Shown here: in pieces, positions 1 to 7,627 of the stretch | Layout of the letters: every line of letters begins with the position of its first letter | Numbering within the stretch: the stretch's first letter is position 1 | Source: an uncultured Gammaproteobacteria bacterium | GTDB taxonomy: Bacteria > Pseudomonadota > Gammaproteobacteria > Arenicellales > JAANXG01 | NCBI GenBank assembly: GCA_947258975.1 | Contig: CAMYKK010000013.1 | Span: 9,496-73,495 of the forward strand | Length of the DNA: 64,000 bases | Direction: 5' to 3' | Position numbers and translations under genes: made by a program | The notes under the pieces: generated by a model | Told to the model about the DNA's origin: nothing | Seen by the model: the letters and a program-made list of their open reading frames with translations, nothing else | Database searches by the model: none

Positions 1-323
1 GTGGGTAAATCATTGAACCTGGTCCCGGGTAATCAAATAGATACCTATCTGGAGTTTCGCTAATAGAATGAGCGGAATCGAGCGGTGCACTAATTGATGG
101 GCCGACTAGTTTTGCATTCGCACCAAAGCATGACTCAGCGAATGGCCGTTAGACCCTATCAGCGGTCAGTCTTGTTGATCGATCAGCATGAACAAGGCAG
201 CCCGAGTATAGCTGACGTCAAAACAGATCACTTCACCGTACTGCCTGCAGTTATAGATTCGAAACGACAGGTGTCCCCCGGCTGTTATTGACAGCGACGG
301 CGTCACGCTGATACTGATGTGAC

Positions 324-1997
324 GTGACGGAAACCCATTACCTCGCAGACGTACTTATTCTGCTGGCGGCGGCGGTTATCGCTGTTTCGGTCTTCCAACG
401 GCTGGGTCTTGGTTCGGTACTGGGGTACCTGGCTGCCGGCGCTGTCGTCGGCCCCTGGGCGCTCGGTGTCATCGACCGGATCGAGGAAATCCGGCGTATC
501 GCCGAGTTCGGCGTTATCTTCCTGCTGTTCATCATCGGAATAGAATTGAAACCTGCACGTCTGTGGGCCATGCGGCGCACGGTGTTCGGTCTAGGCACGG
601 CTCAAGTGATGGTGACTGGTTTGGTCATCTCTGGCCTGGCCCTGCTGTTCGATCAGCCGCTCGAGGTAGCGATGATCATCGGTTTTGGGCTGGCGCTCTC
701 ATCAACGGCGTTTGGTCTCCAGATACTGGCTGAGCGGGGTGAAATGGGCACAGGTCACGGCCGCACGGCATTATCTGTGCTGCTGTTACAGGACTTGGCG
801 CTGGTGCCCTTGTTGGCGCTGGTGTCACTGCTCGCCGTTAAAACCACTACGCTGCTGGAGGGCATTGAGTTCGCGATATTGGAGGCTGTGCTCGCTATCG
901 CACTGGTTATCCTCGTTGGTCGGTTCTTGCTGTCGCCGATCCTGCGACTGGTAGTAACCAGCCGGGCAGCCGAGGTGTTCACCGCCGCTGCCGTGTTCGC
1001 GGTGCTGGGCACGGCCTGGTTGATGGAGGCGGTGGGCCTGTCGTTAGCAATGGGCGCATTTCTCGCGGGACTGATGATGGCGGATTCTCACTACCGGCAC
1101 CAGGTGATTGCTGATATTGAGCCGTTTCGCGGCATCTTGCTTGGCCTGTTTTTCATGGGCGTCGGCATGTCCATCAATTTTGGACTGTTAGGTAGGCTGG
1201 GTGTCTTGATTGCCGGGCTGGTACTTGGCCTGTTACTGGTCAAGTTCGTAATCTTGTGGGTTTTATGCCGCGTCATGCGAATCGGCACGCCGGATGCCAC
1301 CCGAGTATCGCTGCTGCTGTCGCAAAGCGGGGAATTCGCCTTCGTGCTGTTTGGGCTGGCAGCCAGCAGCGGTATCCTGTCAGAGGATCTTTTCCATCTC
1401 CTGGCCCTGCTGGTGGCGCTGACCATGGTTACCACACCGTTTATGCCGAAGCTCGGTGAATACCTCAACAGGCGCTTGACCAAAGTGGCGGATCGGCACG
1501 ACGTCACTGCCGACCATATCGATGCTGAGCAACCGCATGTCATCATTGCCGGCTTTGGTCGCGTCGGACGACGACTCGCGAGGATTCTGCAGGTCGCGAA
1601 TCTGTCCTATCTCGCCGTCGAAAGTAATGCTGACCGTGTGCTAGAAGGCAGGCGCGACGGCTTCTCGGTCTTCTACGGCGATGCCAGCCACGTCGAAGTA
1701 CTGAAGGCAGCAGGTGCCGAGCAGGCTGGCGTGCTGGTATGTACGCTTGATAAGACCGTACCTGCCGTGCGGCTGGTCAATATCCTGCGACAGCATTACC
1801 CGGACATCGCTATCCACGTACGAGGTCTTAACCAGCAACACTGCGACCAGTTGCTAAAAGCCGGAGCAACCATTGCCATCTCGGAAACACTAGAAGCAAG
1901 TCTGCAGCTCGGCGGTGCGGTACTCAATACGATGGGTGTTTTTGAAGACGAGGCTACTGCGCTGATCGACTCGTTCCGTAAGGAATATTATAAGTAG
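324..1997 (+). CDS. CPA2-family K+/H+ antiporter (Kef-type) with C-terminal RCK/TrkA-N domain
   Basis: 557-aa ORF. The N-terminal ~390 aa are multi-TM and hydrophobic. They are followed by the Rossmann-like motif HVIIAGFGRVGRRLA typical of KefB/KefC. Confidence 0.85.
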   Translation: MTETHYLADVLILLAAAVIAVSVFQRLGLGSVLGYLAAGAVVGPWALGVIDRIEEIRRIAEFGVIFLLFIIGIELKPARLWAMRRTVFGLGTAQVMVTGLVISGLALLFDQPLEVAMIIGFGLALSSTAFGLQILAERGEMGTGHGRTALSVLLLQDLALVPLLALVSLLAVKTTTLLEGIEFAILEAVLAIALVILVGRFLLSPILRLVVTSRAAEVFTAAAVFAVLGTAWLMEAVGLSLAMGAFLAGLMMADSHYRHQVIADIEPFRGILLGLFFMGVGMSINFGLLGRLGVLIAGLVLGLLLVKFVILWVLCRVMRIGTPDATRVSLLLSQSGEFAFVLFGLAASSGILSEDLFHLLALLVALTMVTTPFMPKLGEYLNRRLTKVADRHDVTADHIDAEQPHVIIAGFGRVGRRLARILQVANLSYLAVESNADRVLEGRRDGFSVFYGDASHVEVLKAAGAEQAGVLVCTLDKTVPAVRLVNILRQHYPDIAIHVRGLNQQHCDQLLKAGATIAISETLEASLQLGGAVLNTMGVFEDEATALIDSFRKEYYK

Positions 1998-2442
1998 GCC
2001 GGCATCGGCTATCGCCTAGTTCCCCGGCTAGCAACCTTGCTTGATTCCCTCTGATAATCCGTATTTTTGAGTCAACCGCCGTCAGTATCGTAAGCCGGGG
2101 ATAATGGGTCTAGGCAAATGGCGTTTATCGCACCGGAGCGGCCGTTCAGTTGACAAGACCTGACAGGCTGCAACGGGTCGTAAGCACCAGTTCGACCAGA
2201 TTCTGCGAACGTCGGCATTAGTATTGAGCGGTATTTCAATTGAGGGCACACACTAGATTGAATTTCGGTTTTGAAACACCGTGAGGTCCGTCTGCTATAG
2301 ATGAGAACGGACGTTCATCCGTTTTTACTGCATCCGACAGCTTGGGTCGTATTTACCCGTTCGCTGCCACCGGCTCACAACGGCCAAGTGTATTGAAATA
2401 CGATGGGTGAAGCGAACCGTCGATTCTTAAGCATAGAGTTAG

Positions 2443-2514
2443 ACAGTGTTTTCACATTTGACCATAACTGAACCCAGACTTGTGCGCACCGGACGTTACG
2501 CGGATTTATTCTGA
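2443..2514 (+). pseudogene. Remnant of a YafQ/RelE-family toxin gene (last 23 codons only)
   Basis: Translates TVFSHLTITEPRLVRTGRYADLF*, parallel to the C-terminus of the intact YafQ-like ORF at 3678..3944 (LIYQLTQTELRLVRTGSYSDLC*). The last 48 nt are about 75% identical by hand alignment. Upstream frames are broken by stops. Confidence 0.45.
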
Positions 2515-2554
2515 GGCCCAGTTCGGTTAGAGACTAATCACTCATAATGGCACA

Positions 2555-2848
2555 TTAATCGTGTTTCTTATGTGGGTCTTGAGACTCGTGGAAAATCGTT
2601 GTCACTACGATCGCGTCACTTGTCACTCGATACACGATGGTGAAAGGTAGGTTTGAGATAGTCAATTCCCTAGTATCCGGCATAAAACTTTGTTTGCCGA
2701 TGAAAGGATTGGTCTTTATTCGTTCTCAAGCGTCTTCAAGCCGTTGCATCACGGCGTTTGCCGCTAATGGCTGCTGCTGTTCTTCTGCGATGTAGGTTGA
2801 GATGTTAACGAGATCGCCGTAGGCACGCGGCGTGAGTCTCAATCTCAT
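2555..2848 (-). pseudogene. ParE/RelE-family toxin interrupted by one in-frame TGA (codon 41, 2726..2728)
   Basis: Single frame reads MRLRLTPRAYGDLVNISTYIAEEQQQPLAANAVMQRLEDA*ERIKTNPFIGKQSFMPDTRELTISNLPFTIVYRVTSDAIVVVTIFHESQDPHKKHD. The start ATG overlaps the upstream antitoxin stop as ATGA. Absent from the ORF track because of the stop. Confidence 0.6.
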
Positions 2849-3075
2849 GTAGAAGGACGGAATCTAGCAAAAAGCGCCTCGACTTCTTCGTCCGAAACGA
2901 ATTGGCCAGCCTCTGCTTGCTCGTATCCCTCGCACATCGCCTTGATTTGTTCCGGTGTGTACGTCCACTCCTTGGCAGATGCCGCAGCCATCACCAGCCC
3001 TTCAGCAAGCTCATCTTGCCGTTCTGGTGGTAGCTTACGGACCGCCTTAATCGCTTGTTCAAGCAATTTCGTCAT
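2845..3075 (-). CDS. Putative type II antitoxin partnered with the ParE-like gene
   Basis: 76-aa acidic ORF lying immediately upstream of the ParE-like frame, with a 4-nt ATGA overlap. Size and gene order fit a type II antitoxin. The family was not recognised precisely. Confidence 0.55.
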   Translation of the reverse strand: MTKLLEQAIKAVRKLPPERQDELAEGLVMAAASAKEWTYTPEQIKAMCEGYEQAEAGQFVSDEEVEALFARFRPST

Positions 3076-3289
3076 ACTTTTTTTATAACATTATTTACGT
3101 CGATCGTCGAACCGTCCAACCGCCAGCATCTTTGCCGGTTTTGATCTGAGACCCGTCCAGTGGCCGTGCCGGAATTTTGCCGGATTTAGTGCTGCACGGT
3201 TGTGCATTGTCCGGCAATTTGCAACGAGCGCCGCGTAGGTTTTAGTGATAAATCTAACAGTTACGTTTTACCCGTCGATCTGTTAACCA

Positions 3290-3334
3290 CCCTGTCGGCA
3301 GTTCGAGTCTGTCCCGGGGAGCCAAATACATCAA
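3290..3334 (+). other. 3' half of a tRNA-Asn(GUU) gene (anticodon loop through CCA); probable att-site scar
   Basis: CTGTTAA/CCACC/CTGTC/GGCAG-TTCGAGT-CTGTC/CCGGGGA/G/CCA matches the tRNA-Asn layout. There is no complementary 5' anticodon stem, D-arm or TCCCCGG acceptor strand upstream. Confidence 0.6.
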
Positions 3335-3457
3335 GGAGTTAGCCGGCGATGGCTGGTTCTTGCCATTTCCAGCGTGACCAAATCGTGACCGCCGGTAGTC
3401 CATGCTGATCATTTTCCGTTCTTTCTGGTCACGTTGACGCGGGGCCGGCGCACGTAA

Positions 3458-3676
3458 CTCGTTGAAAATATTATCTTCGACTACTCAAGATCGAAACTGA
3501 CACCATCGCAAGCGGTCAAGATGTTCTACCGGCAAGCCGCGTTGCAGCAAGGTTTACCTTTCACGATCAGCATCCCGAACCGGAAAACGCTGGAAGCGAT
3601 GCGGAAACTCGAGGAAGGATCAGACCTAAAGCGATTCGACCGCTTCGAAGACTACATGGACGAATTGGGCCTTTAG
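3458..3676 (+). pseudogene. DinJ/RelB-family antitoxin, 5'-truncated (RHH N-terminus and start codon missing)
   Basis: The open frame after a TAA at 3455 reads LVENIIFDYSRSKLTPSQAVKMFYRQAALQQGLPFTISIPNRKTLEAMRKLEEGSDLKRFDRFEDYMDELGL*. It resembles DinJ from helix 1 onward. About 20 N-terminal residues are absent, and the first ATG is internal (3521). Confidence 0.55.
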
Positions 3677-3677
3677 T

Positions 3678-3944
3678 TTGCGGACAATCGTACCGTCCAC
3701 GCAGTTCACCCGCGATCTCGAGCTAATGGTCGCGCGTGGCAAGAACCCAAAGAAGATCGGTGCCGAAATTCGAAAGCTGCAATCCGGCGAAGCATTAGAA
3801 AAGAGACACAGGCCGCATGCTCTTTCGGGGGGTTGGTCTCGCGACGTGGAATGCCACATTGAGCCTGATTGGCTGTTGATCTATCAGCTTACCCAAACTG
3901 AACTCAGGCTGGTGCGCACCGGTAGCTACTCAGATTTGTGCTAA
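3678..3944 (+). CDS. yafQ: YafQ-family type II toxin (mRNA interferase), TTG start
   Basis: 88 aa with FTRDLELMVARGKNPKK, HRPHALSGGW, ECHIEPDWLLIY and a RTGSYSDLC end, paralleling E. coli YafQ. It starts 1 nt after the dinJ-like stop. Confidence 0.8.
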   Translation: MRTIVPSTQFTRDLELMVARGKNPKKIGAEIRKLQSGEALEKRHRPHALSGGWSRDVECHIEPDWLLIYQLTQTELRLVRTGSYSDLC

Positions 3945-4234
3945 GAAACTCAACGGAACGCCAGCGATCGTGTGAACAATTACGTGTTCCAAGTTGATCT
4001 TTTTCTACATAAACTTGGGCAAAGCAAAATGTTTCAGAACACTCTGCTGGTGTTGCTATTAACCCAGGGAGCGATCATAGACGCTGATGTCAGGACAGCA
4101 TTACCACACGATTGGTGCTGTAAGTTTTCGGAAACTGCGTAAAGGACACGTGGACGTCAGGAGACTTGGCTCTAATCCCCCTCACGATGGCCTTGCAGCC
4201 GGACAATATTCTTGGTTAGGCCAATGATAGACCA

Positions 4235-4654
4235 ATGATAATTGGTGCAGTGAGTCGGTCTGTGGATTCAAGCAGCGCTGCTTTCACATTCACTGTCTGG
4301 GACAGGTCGCCTGCTGGGCCGTCTGCTGATATATTCAGCTTTGGGACTGGTAACGCCAGCATCTCACTAGCCGGAACTGATCCTAACGCTGTCGTCAACA
4401 CCAACAACTCAGCGCCGTCTACAGCACCGAATCTTAGTTTGTTCAATCCTGTAACGGCACAAGGATTGTACAAGCTCGAAACCTCCGCGAACCAGCTAAG
4501 TTTCAGGTTTGACACCATCAGCCTCCATACTTCGACTGGCGGTCCGTTGCCACCAGCTGTCCCCATCCCCGCCGCTGTTTGGCTGTTTGGTTCCGCCTTG
4601 CTTGGGTTGATCGGGTTTACCCGCGGACGGAGATATACCAACCCCGTGGCCTAA
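4235..4654 (+). CDS. VPLPA-CTERM sorting-domain protein, apparently lacking its signal peptide (possibly 5'-truncated)
   Basis: The C-terminus AVPIPAAVWLFGSALLGLIGFTRGRR fits the VPLPA-CTERM/PEP-CTERM-like motif plus TM helix plus basic tail. The N-terminus is not hydrophobic, and an in-frame TAG lies at 4217. Confidence 0.5.
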   Translation: MIIGAVSRSVDSSSAAFTFTVWDRSPAGPSADIFSFGTGNASISLAGTDPNAVVNTNNSAPSTAPNLSLFNPVTAQGLYKLETSANQLSFRFDTISLHTSTGGPLPPAVPIPAAVWLFGSALLGLIGFTRGRRYTNPVA

Positions 4655-4764
4655 CTGCTGATAAGAATTCCTGCGAGATCCCGTTTCGGCGGGGTTTTTC
4701 TTTCGACAGATGAAATGTCGTGTGAGTACGACACTACGATGTCAAACCCGTTAAATAGGCTCGG

Positions 4765-5187
4765 CTACGTACATTCGTAGGTCTTCTTCATGTCCGCGAC
4801 GGATCTCTCAATGAGTCTGGCAAGCACTTTGCGATCGATGTCGTCCAGGGATTTCACGTACAAACAGGATTTGCTGGTCTTGTATTTTCCTAGCTTCTTC
4901 ATCAACGACTCGTATCGCGAGAACCCAAGCATGACGTATATCGTCAGGTTCTGTTTCCTGGGCGAGAGGCCGGTTACGGGCCAGTCACCGTCTCTGCCGC
5001 TTCGGTACGTGTAGTGGTAGCTCCCGAACCCGATGATGCTGGTACCCCACATCTTCGGTTTTTTGCCAGTTACCGAAGCCATCATCTTGATGACCTCCCG
5101 ACAGTCTTTACGTTTCCTTTCGTCCTCAACGGCATCGAGAAAAGCCTTCACACTGGCACCGGTTGGCTTGGTCTTCAGCTCCGCCAT
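4765..5187 (-). CDS. DUF1801 (YdhG-like) domain protein
   Basis: The ORF track gives 4765..5337. The conserved part starts at MAELKTKPTGASVKAFLDAVEDERKRKDC (ATG at 5187) and continues ...WGTSIIGFGSYHYTYRSGRDGDWPVTGLSPRKQNLTIYVM. Confidence 0.7.
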   Translation of the reverse strand: MAELKTKPTGASVKAFLDAVEDERKRKDCREVIKMMASVTGKKPKMWGTSIIGFGSYHYTYRSGRDGDWPVTGLSPRKQNLTIYVMLGFSRYESLMKKLGKYKTSKSCLYVKSLDDIDRKVLARLIERSVADMKKTYECT

Positions 5188-5655
5188 TGAAAGGGTTTGT
5201 CCTGAGTGGTGGCTGCCGGTGTTTGTCGCGAAACGAGAGACCGGGAACGTCCGTTGATAGCCCCTGCCATCAATCGGATCGTAAGAATAAACTACCTGCC
5301 ATATGGCGTAAATCCATCCAGACAGGCTGTGGTCCATGCGCTTACGCTCCGACGCTGAATCAGCAAACGTCGCTCTTGAAATGGCGCAGGCGTGCCCGCA
5401 CTTAGACTCCGACGGTACAATTGTAGTGTCAGAAATGATGGAAATGTAGTCACGAGCATCCCGGCACGAACTGAGCTTCTGTTCCTTGACCTAAGACCTG
5501 GATGTCCACATCGAGCCGTCACTTCCTTCCATCGTTGCCCTGCCCTTCACCGGTCTGCGCGGTGAGCCGTAGCAAGTGTATTTCAGCGACAGAGGCATTG
5601 CGTCACGGAGACGAGGCCTGCAATCTCGATCTTTTGATCTCAACATGAAACGCGC

Positions 5656-6582
5656 GTGGAATCTATAATATCCATCAAGAATCTCAGTAAAGCCTACAGC
5701 TCGGGACTGCGGGCACTCAAGCACATCGACCTCGAGATCCGCAAGGGCGAGATTTTCGCATTGCTCGGTCCCAACGGCGCCGGGAAGACGACGCTGATCA
5801 GCATTGTGTGCGGCATAGTCACGGCGACCGAAGGTGCCGTGACCGTTGACTCCCATGACATCGTGCAAGACTATCGTGCCGCCCGCTCCAAGATTGGTCT
5901 CGTCCCGCAGGAACTCACAACCGACACCTTCGAAACTGTGTGGGCGACGGTAAGCTTCAGCCGCGGCTTGTTCGGGCGCGCACCGAATCCCGGTTACATT
6001 GAAAAGATACTGCGCGATCTGTCACTGTGGGACAAACGCAATGACGCCATCATGACCCTCTCTGGTGGTATGAAACGGCGGGTAATTATCGCCAAAGCCT
6101 TGTCCCACGAGCCTGAGATACTGTTCTTGGATGAACCGACAGCAGGGGTCGACGTAGAGCTGCGCCGCGACATGTGGGCGTTGGTACGGGCACTGCGCGA
6201 CAGCGGGGTTACCATCATTCTGACTACCCATTACATTACCGAGGCCGAAGAAATGGCCGACCGGATCGGTGTCATCAGCAACGGCGAAATGATTGTGGTC
6301 GAGGAAACCGCAGAGTTGATGACCAAGATGGGCAACAAGCAATTGACGCTCAATCTGCAGGAGCCTATGACATCGATTCCCCTGGAACTGTTGGACTGGC
6401 GTCTGGAATTGAACGCCGATGGACACGAGCTGCAGTACACCTTCGATGTCAACGACGAGCGTACCGGCGTGCCGTCACTGCTCAAAAAGATGAGCGACCT
6501 GGGTATCGCGTTCAAGGACCTGCACACCCGCCAGAGCTCGCTGGAAGAAATATTCGTCAGCCTCGTGAGGGATCGTGAATGA
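5656..6582 (+). CDS. yadG: ABC-2 type transporter ATP-binding protein
   Basis: Walker [10 protein letters not shown], signature LSGGMKRR, Walker [11 protein letters not shown]. 308 aa, as in E. coli YadG. ATGA overlap with the permease gene. Confidence 0.9.
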   Translation: MESIISIKNLSKAYSSGLRALKHIDLEIRKGEIFALLGPNGAGKTTLISIVCGIVTATEGAVTVDSHDIVQDYRAARSKIGLVPQELTTDTFETVWATVSFSRGLFGRAPNPGYIEKILRDLSLWDKRNDAIMTLSGGMKRRVIIAKALSHEPEILFLDEPTAGVDVELRRDMWALVRALRDSGVTIILTTHYITEAEEMADRIGVISNGEMIVVEETAELMTKMGNKQLTLNLQEPMTSIPLELLDWRLELNADGHELQYTFDVNDERTGVPSLLKKMSDLGIAFKDLHTRQSSLEEIFVSLVRDRE

Positions 6583-7364
6583 GACACGCAATGCGGTGGA
6601 CGTTTAACGGTCACGGCATCTGGGCCATTTACAAGTTCGAGATGGCCAGGGCCCGACGCACGGTGTGGCAGAGTTTAGTGACTCCAGTGATCACGACCTC
6701 GCTCTACTTCGTGGTATTCGGGGCGGTGATCGGAACCCGGATGACAGAGGTGGACGGCGTGGCCTATGGTGCATTTATCGTACCAGGTTTGGTGATGCTG
6801 ACACTTTTTACACAAAGCATCTTCAATGCATCTTTTGGCATCTTTTTCCCTAAATTTACCGGCACGATCTACGAGTTGTTGTCAGCGCCGATCTCCTACC
6901 TGGAAATCGTCCTCGCCTACGTTGGGGCGGCTGCGACTAAATCCATAGTGCTGGGTGTAATCATCCTGGCCACCGCTTCCCTGTTCGTGCCTATCATGAT
7001 CCTGCATCCCCTGTGGATGGTCGCCTTCCTGCTGCTGACGGCGACTACCTTCAGTCTGTTCGGCTTCATTATCGGGATCTGGTCAAAAGGCTTTGAACAA
7101 CTGCAGTTCGTTCCACTGCTGGTCATCACGCCCTTGACCTTCCTGGGGGGCGCATTCTATTCGATCGACATGCTGCCTGGGATATGGCGCACGATCACCT
7201 TATTCAACCCGGTGGTCTACCTGATTGACGGCTTCCGCTGGAGCTTCTACGGCACGTCGGACATTGGGGTCGGGATAAGCCTGACGGTGACGCTGACGTT
7301 TTTTATAACCGGTCTAGCCATAGTAGGCTGGACGTTCGCTACCGGCTTTCGGCTCAAAAACTGA
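6579..7364 (+). CDS. yadH: ABC-2 type transporter permease
   Basis: 261 aa with six TM segments. Collinear by eye with E. coli YadH (…LYFVVFG…IVPGL…FLGGAFYS…[11 protein letters not shown]). Confidence 0.9.
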   Translation: MRHAMRWTFNGHGIWAIYKFEMARARRTVWQSLVTPVITTSLYFVVFGAVIGTRMTEVDGVAYGAFIVPGLVMLTLFTQSIFNASFGIFFPKFTGTIYELLSAPISYLEIVLAYVGAAATKSIVLGVIILATASLFVPIMILHPLWMVAFLLLTATTFSLFGFIIGIWSKGFEQLQFVPLLVITPLTFLGGAFYSIDMLPGIWRTITLFNPVVYLIDGFRWSFYGTSDIGVGISLTVTLTFFITGLAIVGWTFATGFRLKN

Positions 7365-7627
7365 CCAGCTACCGAACACCGGTCTTCCACGGACGCTTGA
7401 AGAACCAGCCTGCGTGGTGCAAGCGGAGCAATGATGCGATGTGTTTCGTCAATCAGGCGCGCCTGGAAAGCACAACACAACCCTAACATTGGCATTTGCG
7501 CCCATCTTATTTGCGATGCCGCTATTCCCGACCACGCAGACCGTGTCGTTCAGGTGTGTCCATCAACCTGCTGGGGTTTTATAATTCCCAGCGTTGAGGA
7601 CCAGCGTCGAACTGGAAGTCCGATTGC

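Noticed and set aside
1-63. An open frame at the window edge (…GKSLNLVPGNQIDTYLEFR*) that could be the 3' end of an upstream gene.
   Set aside because: Only 20 codons are visible and there is no recognisable motif, so it cannot be supported.
94-291. A 65-aa ORF upstream of the Kef-type antiporter gene.
   Set aside because: It has no family resemblance and an atypical composition (His/Gln/Ser-rich). It probably lies in the promoter region of the antiporter gene.
2021-2100. The inverted repeat TCCCCGGCT … AGCCGGGGA, spaced about 80 nt apart, whose arms equal the acceptor-stem sequence expected for the tRNA-Asn fragment. I considered it as a hidden tRNA or att partner.
   Set aside because: The interior has no D-arm, anticodon arm or TTCGA T-loop. 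The shared sequence is only 7-9 nt and could be chance in GC-rich DNA.
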